Shown: piece by piece, positions 39,212-48,995 of the stretch
Layout of the letters: each line of letters begins with the position of its first letter
Position numbering within the stretch: the first letter of the stretch is position 1
Source of the DNA: Candidatus Moraniibacteriota bacterium
GTDB taxonomy: Bacteria; Patescibacteriota; Minisyncoccia; Moranbacterales; JAPLXC01
Length of the DNA: 64,000 nucleotides
NCBI GenBank assembly: GCA_026396275.1
Contig: JAPLXC010000002.1
Span: 10,618 to 74,617, forward strand
Direction: 5' to 3'
The notes under the pieces: model-generated
The model's database searches: none
Told to the model about the DNA's origin: nothing
The model's input: the letters and a program-made list of their open reading frames with translations, nothing else
Translations under genes and position numbers: made by a program

Positions 39212-41984
39212 CTCCCGTGGTAATTAGAATAATGGCGATGGTAAGAATAATTCTTAGCAGAAACATAATCTGGGTTGGCAGATGGGAAAGAAGGCCAGCG
39301 AGAAACTTACCGCTATTTTTTAAAGTCAGTGCTTCTTCTTCACTGGATAAAGCAACTTCAACCTGAAGCGAAACCGGCATATATTTTTCCGTGGACTCAA
39401 ACTGGGAAATATTCCAGATTTTGTTGAGCGCTTTTCTTATGTCGTTTGATGTCTTATATAAAGTATTCAGTCCGATGTTATAAACATCTCCGGCCTCTTT
39501 TTCCGCCGTGAGGTTTAATCCAGCCGAGTTTGTTAAATCGCTAAAAAGTGCTCCGTCAATTGTCCATTCGGTCTTTACCCCTTTCCCAATATAGTTTTTC
39601 AACCAGGCAGGATGGAACTCGGCTTCAAGTCCTACTTCGTTTCCCGTGAGTGTTTGGAAAACTGATTCACTGGAATCAGGAAATTGATTACCATCCAGGT
39701 CAATATACATTCCTAAGTATTTTGGCCAGCAGAATTGCTCATTAGTAGAGATTATTTTCACGAAAGGGTCGATAACTTGAAAAACCCGAGTCAAATGAAT
39801 TGTCTGGCCGGTTTCCACGTCATTGGCGGTAACGTCAATAGTATATTTGTCGCCCGGGTCGCCAGTGGCCGGGAAGAAATTAATTTCTTGCTGTTCAGAA
39901 GCAAGACAATTCTTTTCTGAAATATTAGTGGAGTCGCAGAAAAGCGTCTGACCGTTAATTGTCCAGGAAAAGTTTTTAAGATTTTCTTTATCAACTTTAA
40001 GTCCGATAATCTCGTTTTTCAGGACGTAGCAGACGGCCGCTTCTTCGCGGCTGGTGCAAATTTCATTACCCTCGTTTAGTATTAAGGGTCCGCCAGTAGC
40101 GGAAAAATTCGTATCCACCGGGGAAAAAGCCCGAATCTTTTGATCGGTAGTGAAGACCTTAATGATAACATCGCTTCTTCCTTCCCGGGTTGTGTTTTCA
40201 TCCAAGCTTTCTTTCGAAGAAGGATAATTTTCATTAACTACGACGGAGACCTTCAAGTATCCATAGCCGTCGCCAGAAAAGACATTGTCATCAGTAAGAT
40301 CAAGTTTAAACTTTAATGAAGGAATATTAATTCCCTTAAGAGGAGTAGTTTTTAAAATACACTCTTCTTCATCCCCACCTTCGCAGATAGTTTGCCAGTC
40401 GGCGGGATTGGAAGAAGGAAATCCTGTCTTGCTAATAGCTATCTTCCAGGTATAAAGTAGTTGCTGGCTTTCCTGATCAGCATTGGCAATGGTTGCTTGA
40501 GTATTTACTACGTCTCCCATTTCGTCACCGCTCGAGTCATTTATCGGATTTTCCGGAGAATAGGACAGGGAAACATCCAATTTTTTCGGCTGGAGCCCTT
40601 CTTTGGGATCAACAAGATTATCTTCTAGGCAGTCATTGAAAAAATCCTCATAGTCATCGTGATCAAAAGCCGGAATTTTCACGTTGTATCCTTTTATGCT
40701 CTCGTAATAGTACGATTTGCTTGAGTCCGGAATGGAGCAGTCGTTTTTAGGCATCGCCCACATAATCATAAAAGACGAATCGTCGTGTTTGGCGGGAATC
40801 ATCGAAGTCCCTTCTACCAATACTCCGACCTTATCTCTGTCGTCATAATTCCAGGTGAAAGTAAACTGGCCCACTCCGACAGCATTGGCTTCGTCGCGGT
40901 TGCCGTTGTCGGCCGTGTCCGGATCGTGAGGATTAGTCCACCAGAATTCCTCTTCCTCTTCTTTGAAATCATTATCTCCTACTTTCTCATCGTTTAAATC
41001 TCCCTTATAGTCGGGAAAAAGATGATGAGGAAGAAGATCATAGCACTTGTTAGATACACTGGATGATTCTCCAGTAGAGCAAGTTGGTGTTTCAAACCCA
41101 AAAGAACTGCAAGCGTCAAGATTAGGGTCGGGCATATCATTGCACTCTCCTTCAAGATTGTCAGTGTCGATACATAATGGGTCGCCGGAAGAACAGACGG
41201 GGATTTGAGTGGAGGGATCGCAAGTCATAGCTGTTTCAGTATCATTGCAGGTTTTGTATTCAATGTAGTTGCCTGCCCCATCATCGCAATTAAGAGTTTC
41301 AGTTTTTACGCATTTGGCGACTGTGCCACTAGGGCAAGTAAAGCTGGTATTGGAGGTTTCGGCTAACTCATAGTTTATACCACTTACGAAATCGTGAATG
41401 TAGCAGTAAGCTGTTTCATCTTCCTGCTCTTCTTCGTTTTTATTGGCACCTCCCCAGCGGGCAAGATAGCCGTCTTTATCATCATCGGAGCTGTAGTCGG
41501 CCCTTGTTGTATCATAGCCGTTATTGGTGATATAGCGCATCGCTTCCACCTTCCAGTCATTGACAGTTATCTTTCCATTCCCGTCAGCATCGCATTTCTT
41601 CTTTGTTTCAGAGCTGGGCGAGTCGGTGGGGCCGCAGCCGCTGTGGCGCAAATACCAAGTGTAGTAAAGTTGTTCTTTGGCAATGTTGAAATACTGGGGA
41701 AGCGCTTCGGCGGTTATTTTTTCCCCCGGCCTGGGATCAGCAGGATTAAAAAAAAGCATTACTTCCGGAACATTCTTTTTCTGGTCGGACACGTTAAAAT
41801 TTTCTCCCTGATTCTGAATGCTTTCAAGGTTTAGATGATAACGCCTTTCTAATTCGGCAGCCACCGAGGAGGGAGAAGGAATAGACAAAGCAAAAGCGGG
41901 AAAAGCGCTAAGAAAAACTGCTTCAGCGGCAACCGTGAGGACTAAAAGAATTCTCTTTATGATCTTTAATATTTGTTTTTTCAT
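39150..41984 (-). CDS. Giant secreted/surface Cys- and Asp-rich protein with a C-terminal TM anchor
   Basis: 944 aa. Signal peptide, many Cys pairs, acidic low-complexity stretches, C-terminal helix IILTIAIILITTGVVFAFI. No recognisable catalytic motif. Confidence 0.55.
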   Translation of the reverse strand: MKKQILKIIKRILLVLTVAAEAVFLSAFPAFALSIPSPSSVAAELERRYHLNLESIQNQGENFNVSDQKKNVPEVMLFFNPADPRPGEKITAEALPQYFNIAKEQLYYTWYLRHSGCGPTDSPSSETKKKCDADGNGKITVNDWKVEAMRYITNNGYDTTRADYSSDDDKDGYLARWGGANKNEEEQEDETAYCYIHDFVSGINYELAETSNTSFTCPSGTVAKCVKTETLNCDDGAGNYIEYKTCNDTETAMTCDPSTQIPVCSSGDPLCIDTDNLEGECNDMPDPNLDACSSFGFETPTCSTGESSSVSNKCYDLLPHHLFPDYKGDLNDEKVGDNDFKEEEEEFWWTNPHDPDTADNGNRDEANAVGVGQFTFTWNYDDRDKVGVLVEGTSMIPAKHDDSSFMIMWAMPKNDCSIPDSSKSYYYESIKGYNVKIPAFDHDDYEDFFNDCLEDNLVDPKEGLQPKKLDVSLSYSPENPINDSSGDEMGDVVNTQATIANADQESQQLLYTWKIAISKTGFPSSNPADWQTICEGGDEEECILKTTPLKGINIPSLKFKLDLTDDNVFSGDGYGYLKVSVVVNENYPSSKESLDENTTREGRSDVIIKVFTTDQKIRAFSPVDTNFSATGGPLILNEGNEICTSREEAAVCYVLKNEIIGLKVDKENLKNFSWTINGQTLFCDSTNISEKNCLASEQQEINFFPATGDPGDKYTIDVTANDVETGQTIHLTRVFQVIDPFVKIISTNEQFCWPKYLGMYIDLDGNQFPDSSESVFQTLTGNEVGLEAEFHPAWLKNYIGKGVKTEWTIDGALFSDLTNSAGLNLTAEKEAGDVYNIGLNTLYKTSNDIRKALNKIWNISQFESTEKYMPVSLQVEVALSSEEEALTLKNSGKFLAGLLSHLPTQIMFLLRIILTIAIILITTGVVFAFIPETYRPKETSYEKS

Positions 41985-42625
41985 TATTTTGCGAGGCCAA
42001 TAACTAAAGCATCGGCGATGATGATAAAAAATAAGCTGGTTCCGAAGGAGTAAAAAATTGAACGGCTCTGATAAGCGACAATTCCAGCAAAAGGAGAAAC
42101 GATAACATAAAGGGTGGTTGACCAGTCAAGTCCGCCAACCAGGAGGAAAAAAGTCAGAAACACGGCAAATTGCACCGCAATCGACCAGTATCCTATTGCC
42201 CGCGACAATCTCAGCATAATAAACCCCCGGAAAAAAAATTCGTAAAGCGCTGCGAACAACCCAACCAGGAGAAGTTCATACGAGATAAAAAACACAAATC
42301 GTTCGGCTATCAAGCGAGGCGGATGGTAATGTTGTGGGAGATTAGTGTAGTGGAAGAGAATGTAAAAAGTCAAAAGTGAGCCCAGTAGCATTATTCCCAT
42401 CCACAAAATACCTCTTTGCCTGTCTCCTGTCTGAAGACCAAACTTTTTAAGCGACCCTTTTAGTATTATTTTAATATATAATACCGGAATTACCAAGAGA
42501 AATGCCATGGTCGAGACAATCTGCTGGAAGATATTTTGAGTGGGGAAAACACTGTATAAAATCAGGCAAATTAAAGCCACGGCGATAGTTATCAGTAAAT
42601 TCTTGTTATTTACGATGATTCTCAT
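41984..42625 (-). CDS. CPBP-family (CAAX/Abi-like) intramembrane protease
   Basis: 213 aa, about 6 TM helices. LYEFFFRGFIM resembles the CPBP EExxxR motif region. Assignment is tentative. Confidence 0.45.
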   Translation of the reverse strand: MRIIVNNKNLLITIAVALICLILYSVFPTQNIFQQIVSTMAFLLVIPVLYIKIILKGSLKKFGLQTGDRQRGILWMGIMLLGSLLTFYILFHYTNLPQHYHPPRLIAERFVFFISYELLLVGLFAALYEFFFRGFIMLRLSRAIGYWSIAVQFAVFLTFFLLVGGLDWSTTLYVIVSPFAGIVAYQSRSIFYSFGTSLFFIIIADALVIGLAK

Positions 42626-42675
42626 TAAATCTAATGTAAGTTAATCGAGAAAAAATCAATCCTGTTATTATCATA

Positions 42676-43083
42676 CTATAATTTCAAGTATTTTACTAGC
42701 AGCAAAATACCGCCGAGGACGATGAAGCTGTCGGCCAGGTTGAACGCCGGCCAAAACTTAAGGTCAATGAAGTCGATAACGCAGCCAAACATTATGCGAT
42801 CAATGATATTAGAAGTTGCTCCGGCCAGAACAGGAATTATGAATAATGAATTATGAATCACAGATTTTTTGCTAATAAAGGCAAATATTAAAATAGTAAT
42901 TGCTAAAAGCCAAAAAAGCCAAAATAAAATCTCGGGTACTTTTATTCCCCAGGCAATATTTATGTTGCAAATATAAAATCCGCCCCCTTGGCGGATTAGA
43001 TACTTAGAAAACTGGTCGAGAGGGACTAGAGCAAAAAACAACAGCGCAAAAAGTATTTTTTTGGTTTTTATTTCAGGGTCCAT
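42676..43083 (-). CDS. lspA: Lipoprotein signal peptidase II
   Basis: [41 protein letters not shown] is the LspA C-terminal motif. Start re-set to MDPEIK, which ends the overlap with the upstream gene. Confidence 0.75.
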   Translation of the reverse strand: MDPEIKTKKILFALLFFALVPLDQFSKYLIRQGGGFYICNINIAWGIKVPEILFWLFWLLAITILIFAFISKKSVIHNSLFIIPVLAGATSNIIDRIMFGCVIDFIDLKFWPAFNLADSFIVLGGILLLVKYLKL

Positions 43084-43088
43084 AATGC

Positions 43089-43442
43089 CTACTTGCACCG
43101 GATGCATGTCTTGGCGGCGGGATAAGCCCGCAGTCGCTCGATGTTTATCTCTTGACCGCAATTGCCGCAGGTTCCGTAAGTTCCCTCTTCCATTCGTGCC
43201 AGAGCGTCGCCTACATCTTTCAGGCGCTTTTCAAGAGTGCTCTCCAGGGCTAAATTATCAGTGTATTCCTCAACTTCTGACGCGTTTTCATCCACATCGG
43301 TGCCAAGATCGCTAAATTTGGTTTTATAGTCCCCAGGAACTTCGGTAGGGGCGGCAAAGTTTTTCAGCTCGTTTTCAAGACGATTTTTTTCTTTGAGAAG
43401 CTTTTCTTTCAGTTCCGTTTGAATTTGAGGGTCAATGGCCAT
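43089..43442 (-). CDS. DksA/TraR-family C4 zinc-finger protein
   Basis: 117 aa. Coiled-coil N-terminus, then [26 protein letters not shown]. Confidence 0.75.
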   Translation of the reverse strand: MAIDPQIQTELKEKLLKEKNRLENELKNFAAPTEVPGDYKTKFSDLGTDVDENASEVEEYTDNLALESTLEKRLKDVGDALARMEEGTYGTCGNCGQEINIERLRAYPAAKTCIRCK

Positions 43443-43521
43443 AGCAAAAGATTGTTAGAAAATTAAAAGATGGAAAATTATTCCGTCTTGTTTTTATTGT
43501 ACTGGTAAACAGTGATATTGT

Positions 43522-43920
43522 CTAGATAAAAATGTTTTCAAGATGGCTTATTTTAAATGCTTTTCGGTTTTCTCCGATCCAAACGGAAAGAGCGTCAAAA
43601 TGATACGGCTTATCCCAGGCGTTTTCCTGCTTAATATAAAACAAGGCGATTTTGTTTAATTTGTGAAGCTTGGCTTTGGTAATATTTTCCTCGGGAAGCG
43701 ACTTATCGCCAGCGGAAAGCTCCCGCGTTTTTACTTCCACAAAAACGATCTCGCCGTTTTTTTTGGCAATAATATCAATTTCACCAAGTCTTCGCCCGAG
43801 AGGATTTTTAAAATTTTTTTCCAGAACCTTGTATCCTTTGTTTTTTAAATATTCTGCCGCAATTTTTTCGCCCAGCTGCCCGGTATTTAATTTCTCTTTT
43901 TTCCAGAATAAAAGCTTCAT
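43522..43920 (-). CDS. yraN: YraN-family (UPF0102) endonuclease
   Basis: GEKIAAEYLKNKGYKVLEKNF ... GEIDIIAKKNGEIVFVEVKTR. Start re-set to MKLLFWKK. Confidence 0.7.
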   Translation of the reverse strand: MKLLFWKKEKLNTGQLGEKIAAEYLKNKGYKVLEKNFKNPLGRRLGEIDIIAKKNGEIVFVEVKTRELSAGDKSLPEENITKAKLHKLNKIALFYIKQENAWDKPYHFDALSVWIGENRKAFKISHLENIFI

Positions 43921-43977
43921 AATCAGATTATAGCAGAAAAAACAAAAAACACCCTTGGCTGGTGTTCTTTTTCCCAA

Positions 43978-44743
43978 TATTTATCAAACAATAACTTTAG
44001 TTATTGACTGATAGATATTGGGAACCGGGCGCTACTAACGCCCATAAAAATATAATTTTTTAGCGAGAGCGCCCGGTGTTTGTTGTATTGTCAACACACC
44101 AAGAGCACTTTTAGCCGGGTGAGAGGCATAAAATGGCATTCTTTGGGTGTGTATTTTGTACAATACCCCATGACATCCACTTCTGACTTAGTAATGTCTT
44201 TCCTCTACTATTCTCTGGCTTTTAGCCTTTTATCAAAGAACAAACTTTTTTATTTTTTGTATTTGTTTAAAAAAGTTTTTTTGTTTTTGTTTTAGGGTCT
44301 TGCTGTCAGATAGCAAGCGCCTAGTCCCGACGGGTAACTACCTTAAGAGACAGTCACTCGTTGGGGACTAGGACTTGAACAGTAGAAGAATTCCAATCAC
44401 AAATAGGGGGAAATTGTGATTGGAAATGCTTCCACCATTCGTTTTTAGGGCTTTTTAAGGTACAACCTGTCCTTATTATAGCAGAAAATAAACTAAGAGT
44501 CAATTCTCCCTAAGAAATTTTTGGCTAATCTTAGCGTTTAATCGGAAAGAAAACATCTCGGTATTATCCCAAATTGTCCTAAGAAATAAATACGGCATTC
44601 AGAAAAGTGATTTACTTTTTCCGGCTTAGTTAGGTAAAGTGTGGAAAATAAGCCGCATTCCTGACAAGTTATCAACAGGTTATTAAGAATTTTAAGCAAC
44701 TATTGTTTTTCTGAGCCTTTTTCTTGGACTTTTCCGAAGGGCT
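43978..44743. other. 766-bp gene-free, hairpin-rich region; candidate structured non-coding RNA locus
   Basis: No credible ORF. Nested stems: cccaatat...atattggg (44010-44060); ccgggcgct...agcgcccgg (44060-44115); cttgct-gtcagat-agcaag; cctagtccc...gggactagg (44305-44380); ccaatcacaa-ataggggga-aattgtgattgg (44395-44430). Confidence 0.35.
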
Positions 44744-45862
44744 CTAAAGAGCTATTTTGTCCAGTATCGCCCGGATGGTATTTTTGCTTGTTCCAATAAC
44801 TAATTGGTCGGCGGTAACAGCGTAGTCAATAGAAAGTGACTCTTCTGGATTAAGATTGGCGTAACGAATCGAGAAGTCCTTGTATGTGCTGCTTTGGAAT
44901 AATTTGTCTTTTTCCTGCGGGACAGCATCGAGAAAAAGGAAAGAGAGATCATTGATAAGTGTTTTTTCCTGGTTCTTCATCGCGGCAGTGGCTCTTCCCT
45001 TGTCTTTAAGATCTGCTGCTATTCCTATTCTAACATTTTCCGAATCGGGATAAAAGAAAAGAGAAAATTCTTCTCCTAAGTTACTTAATACCGGAGAGAG
45101 CTTGAGTCCCGAAAGAACAGCAAAGATATGAAACACTATGGGGTTATTGTTGCTGTCAGTAATGATAAACTCGATGGGAGAAGTTGTTTCTGATTTTTTA
45201 ATTTCAGAAGCAGTTTGAGCAAGTGTTTGCTTAAGTGTTTCAGGAGTGGCTATTTCAGTGTCGATGGAAAGATAGTTAGGTTTCTCCGCTGAAAATTTTT
45301 CTTCGATTTTTTCAACCGCTATCGGCTCTTCAGCGGGAGAAGGAATAACTGCTTCGGGAGTAGGAGCTGGGGCAGACGCGTTTCTGGTCAACCAGAAATA
45401 GTATCCTCCGGCAGCCAAAGCAAGAAAGGAAATAATTAAAGCGCTAACCAAAAGTATTTTTTTCCAATTAAAACCGCGTTTTGGATATTGCTCAACCGGT
45501 GTTTTAGATTCCCGGCGCGGAAGAGACGGACCGCTTTTTTTAGAAAGATCGTCTGGACGAGAAGCCGGAGAGTAGAATTTGGGAGAGGGAGGAACATTTA
45601 AAAAAGGGCTGGAGGATTGAGAAGTATCAGGCCTGTACTCTGCCGAGTTGTGACGCTTGGGAGGGGCGAAAAAATCTTTTTTTCTTTCCGGGTCGCTATA
45701 TTGCCTTGCTTCTTCTGGTGGAGCAGTCAATCCTTCAATAGCATTAAGATCATCCTGCATTGTATGAAGCGGAAAGTCCTCGCCGGCCGTGCCAGATCCC
45801 CTTTTTGGAATGTCGGGACTGACGGGCTGATAATTGTTTTTGTTATTTTTAAAACCGAACAT
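44744..45862 (-). CDS. Hypothetical membrane-anchored protein with a Pro/Ser-rich N-terminal region
   Basis: 372 aa. Cytoplasmic P/S-rich low complexity, a single TM helix (ILLVSALIISFLALAAGGYYFWL), then an extracytoplasmic domain. Confidence 0.4.
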   Translation of the reverse strand: MFGFKNNKNNYQPVSPDIPKRGSGTAGEDFPLHTMQDDLNAIEGLTAPPEEARQYSDPERKKDFFAPPKRHNSAEYRPDTSQSSSPFLNVPPSPKFYSPASRPDDLSKKSGPSLPRRESKTPVEQYPKRGFNWKKILLVSALIISFLALAAGGYYFWLTRNASAPAPTPEAVIPSPAEEPIAVEKIEEKFSAEKPNYLSIDTEIATPETLKQTLAQTASEIKKSETTSPIEFIITDSNNNPIVFHIFAVLSGLKLSPVLSNLGEEFSLFFYPDSENVRIGIAADLKDKGRATAAMKNQEKTLINDLSFLFLDAVPQEKDKLFQSSTYKDFSIRYANLNPEESLSIDYAVTADQLVIGTSKNTIRAILDKIAL

Positions 45863-45950
45863 AAAATTTGCTATGCTGTTAAAAATAAAAATAGAAGCAT
45901 CTCCGCTTCTATTTTACAACAAGAATGTTTTATTGCCAAGACATTGTCAA

Positions 45951-48071
45951 CTATCTCATAGTATGGGTAGCGTCTTTGAGTGAAAGATTGATTCTTCCTT
46001 GCTCGTCGATATTTTTTACTTTTACTGGAACAACATCACCTATCTGAACTATGTCCTCCACGCGGTTTACCCGATAATCAGCTAGTTCGGAAATGTGAAT
46101 CAACCCTTCCTGGCCCGGTAAAATCTCAGCGAAAGCTCCAAAATTTATGATTCGGGTAATCCGGGCATTAAAGAGTTCTCCAGGCTTGACTTCATGAGTG
46201 AGATTATCAATCCATTTTTGGGCTTTTTTAGAAGATGATTCGTCAGGTGAAGTGATAAAAACCGACCCGTCGTCCTCAATGTCGATTTCCACTCCAGTTT
46301 GTTCAATAATTTCGTTAATGATTTTGCCGCCAGCGCCAATGACGTTTCGTATTTTTTCCGGATTAATCTTCATAATAATGATGCGCGGGGCGTACTGGGA
46401 CATTTCGTTGCGGGGAGCTGAAATTGTCTCGGTGATTTTTTTAAGTATTTCCATTCGGTTTTTATGGGACTGATTCAGTGCAGCTTCGAGCATTTCCACT
46501 GTCAAGCCATCCACCTTAACATCCATCTGGAGCGCGGTGATGCCTTTTTCTGTTCCAGTTGCTTTAAAATCCATATCGCCAAAATGATCCTCCAGACCCT
46601 GAATGTCGGTCAGTATTTTGAAATTGCCGTCATGGCCAACAATAATTCCCATCGCAATGCCGCTCACCGGCCGTTTGATCGGTACGCCGGCATCCATCAG
46701 GGACAAAGTGGATCCGCAAGTGGCGGCCATTGAGGAAGATCCGTTGGAAGAGAGTATTTCAGAAACCAGAAGAATAGTGTAAGGAAACTCTTCTTTGGAA
46801 GGGATCACTGGCAAGAGCGCTCTTTCAGCCAGGAACCCATGTCCAATTTCCCGTCTTCCTACTCCCCGCATCTTTTTGATTTCGCCGGTGGAATAGGGCG
46901 GAAAGTTGTAATGGTGAATGTAGCTTTTTTTAGTGTCGGCCTCCATTGAATCAATAAGCTGCTCGTCGCCGGGAGAGCCAAGAGTGGTGACAGTAAGCGC
47001 CTGGGTCTCTCCCCGGGAAAAAAGCGCCGATCCGTGAGTGCGGGGCAAAATCCCGACTTGACAGTCAATCGGCCTGATTTCATCCAGTTTCCTGCCGTCA
47101 GGCCGCAGTTCTTTTTCCAGGATATTTTGGTGCACAATTTCGTCGGCTGCTTCTTCAAAAACCCAGTCGGCAATTTCTCCTAGTTTTTCGCTGTTTTCCC
47201 CGCCTTTGGCTGAACTGCTTTCTTTAATGTAGGTGAATACTTTTTCCCGGATAGCGCTTACTTTTTCCTCCATCACTTTTTTATCTTTTTCGTAAAGCGC
47301 TTCGGCAATTCCTTCTTTGAAAAGAATATCTCGGACTTTACCCTCAAATTCAGGAGTTCCAGTCAGCCGCACTAGTTTGGCTTTTGGCGCTCCCGCTTCT
47401 TTGGCTATGTTTTCAATAAAGGTAGCGATCTTGCGAATGGCTTCATGACCAAACTGGAAGGCCTTGACAATCTCTTCCTCGGGAACTTCCTTGGCGCCTG
47501 CTTCAATCATGTTTATTTTTTCTTTAGTTCCGGAAAGAACGAGATCCAGGTCGCTTTCGGCTAATTCCCCGTTGACCGGGTTAAGGACAAATTCTCCATT
47601 TATTCTCCCGATTCGCACGGCAGCTAGCGGACCATTCCAGGGAATGTTAGAAATAGAAAGAGCGACCGAAGCGGCAATGACGGCAACAATATCCGGATCG
47701 TTCTCACCATCAATGGAAAGAACAGTCACTATTACTTGAACTTCGTTTCGCATTCGCATATCAAAAAGCGGGCGGATAGTCCGGTCTACTACGCGACCGG
47801 TGAGAATTCCCTCGTCTGATGGCTTTCCGTCGCGTTTGATGAATTTTGAGCCCTTTATTTTTCCGGCGGCGTAATAACGCTCTTCGTAGTCAACCATCAG
47901 CGGAAAGTGATCACTGGCTTTGGCGGCGTCCTTGCTCATTACAGCCGTGGCCAGCACCATCGTGTCGCCATAGCGAACAGTTACCGCGCCGTTAGCTTGT
48001 TTAGCCAGCAATCCGGTTTCAATTTCCAAGATTCGCCCTCCGATCTGGAGAGACCATTTTTTATGCTCCAT
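45951..48071 (-). CDS. pnp: Polyribonucleotide nucleotidyltransferase (PNPase)
   Basis: 706 aa. Two RNase PH domains plus KH and S1 at the C-terminus (GELFNARITRIINFGAFAEI). Confidence 0.93.
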   Translation of the reverse strand: MEHKKWSLQIGGRILEIETGLLAKQANGAVTVRYGDTMVLATAVMSKDAAKASDHFPLMVDYEERYYAAGKIKGSKFIKRDGKPSDEGILTGRVVDRTIRPLFDMRMRNEVQVIVTVLSIDGENDPDIVAVIAASVALSISNIPWNGPLAAVRIGRINGEFVLNPVNGELAESDLDLVLSGTKEKINMIEAGAKEVPEEEIVKAFQFGHEAIRKIATFIENIAKEAGAPKAKLVRLTGTPEFEGKVRDILFKEGIAEALYEKDKKVMEEKVSAIREKVFTYIKESSSAKGGENSEKLGEIADWVFEEAADEIVHQNILEKELRPDGRKLDEIRPIDCQVGILPRTHGSALFSRGETQALTVTTLGSPGDEQLIDSMEADTKKSYIHHYNFPPYSTGEIKKMRGVGRREIGHGFLAERALLPVIPSKEEFPYTILLVSEILSSNGSSSMAATCGSTLSLMDAGVPIKRPVSGIAMGIIVGHDGNFKILTDIQGLEDHFGDMDFKATGTEKGITALQMDVKVDGLTVEMLEAALNQSHKNRMEILKKITETISAPRNEMSQYAPRIIIMKINPEKIRNVIGAGGKIINEIIEQTGVEIDIEDDGSVFITSPDESSSKKAQKWIDNLTHEVKPGELFNARITRIINFGAFAEILPGQEGLIHISELADYRVNRVEDIVQIGDVVPVKVKNIDEQGRINLSLKDATHTMR

Positions 48072-48138
48072 ATAGAACGTATCAGCTCTTCTGCTGATGA
48101 CGCTTGAAGTAAAGTCAAAAATGAAGGTTTAATATATT

Positions 48139-48203
48139 TGTCATCCCGGACTTGATCCGGGATCTAATCTAATTAGATGCTGAATCAAGTTCAGCGTGAC
48201 ATT
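48139..48203. repeat. GTCAT-type modular double-hairpin element upstream of pnp
   Basis: tgtcat-CCCGGActtgaTCCGGG-atctaatctaattagat-GCTGAAtcaagTTCAGC-gtgacat. Confidence 0.7.
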
Positions 48204-48285
48204 TATGCTAATTAAACTCTCATTTTTGAGCTTACCTAACGCACCAGCAAAGGACTATTTAATAAATTTGTTAAGTATTAAAACA

Positions 48286-48990
48286 TTAGCTTATTTTGAT
48301 AATTTTGTCAAAAAATAAATTGACATATTCCAATTCTTTCTTTATCTCCTTCATATCGTCACAAACACTTTCAATTATTATCGGTACTTCTTTTTTCGGA
48401 AGCATCTTGATAATTTTATTCTGCCTAGTTTTGAAGAGCGGTTCGTGATATTTTTGAAAGCCGCTTATATGGATCTCACATAGTCTGTTTTTGAAGGCCT
48501 TATAAAAATCCCAAGCCAATCTCAGCGATTTGTCGTTTGAATAGCAATGATTTAAGTCAAGAACGAAGCCATAATCGTTATTTTCAAGGACTTGTTTTAC
48601 ATCTTTGACTGTTTTTCCGAAATTTTTGCGAAAATCCATATTTTCAACTGCAATCGGAAAATTATAGTTGTCAAAAATATCCCAGTTATCAACTCGGTCC
48701 GGATGGATAACCACACATTTGAAAGAAAACCTCTCATGCGCTTCCTGAATGGAATCAAGTACTTTGACGGCTTCCTGGTTTTGACCATATATGACATTAC
48801 TGGGAGCGTGAATTGAAATATAAGAAAAGCCTTGAAAGTCCGAAACTTCAAGGTCTTTGAGTTGTTCTGCCTGGTCTGATCCTAACTCGACCGCGTTTGC
48901 CCCTGTATTTCTGATAATATCCAGCATTTCTTTGGATATCGGGTGGAAAGTGTGATGAAGAACACCGGAATTAAAGCCGATTATTTTCAT
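48286..48990 (-). CDS. Xylose-isomerase-like TIM-barrel protein (sugar phosphate isomerase/epimerase or AP-endonuclease-2-like)
   Basis: 234 aa. Metal-ligand-like pattern ISIHAP ... VVIHPD ... AVENM ... LDLNH. Confidence 0.45.
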   Translation of the reverse strand: MKIIGFNSGVLHHTFHPISKEMLDIIRNTGANAVELGSDQAEQLKDLEVSDFQGFSYISIHAPSNVIYGQNQEAVKVLDSIQEAHERFSFKCVVIHPDRVDNWDIFDNYNFPIAVENMDFRKNFGKTVKDVKQVLENNDYGFVLDLNHCYSNDKSLRLAWDFYKAFKNRLCEIHISGFQKYHEPLFKTRQNKIIKMLPKKEVPIIIESVCDDMKEIKKELEYVNLFFDKIIKIS

Positions 48991-48995
48991 AAAAT

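Noticed and set aside
44290-44450. tmRNA hypothesis for the segment ending ...GCTTCCACCA
   Set aside because: A 3' CCACCA plus stems suggested ssrA. I could not find a GGGG-start acceptor strand pairing with the 3' end, a resume codon/tag-peptide ORF or a T-arm GGTTCGANTCC. Left as an unassigned structured region.
46145-47739. Several 60-100-aa ORFs on both strands inside pnp, plus similar ORFs inside gyrA, dnaN, polA and ftsH
   Set aside because: They are embedded in long, well-conserved housekeeping CDSs and are frame-shadow artefacts.
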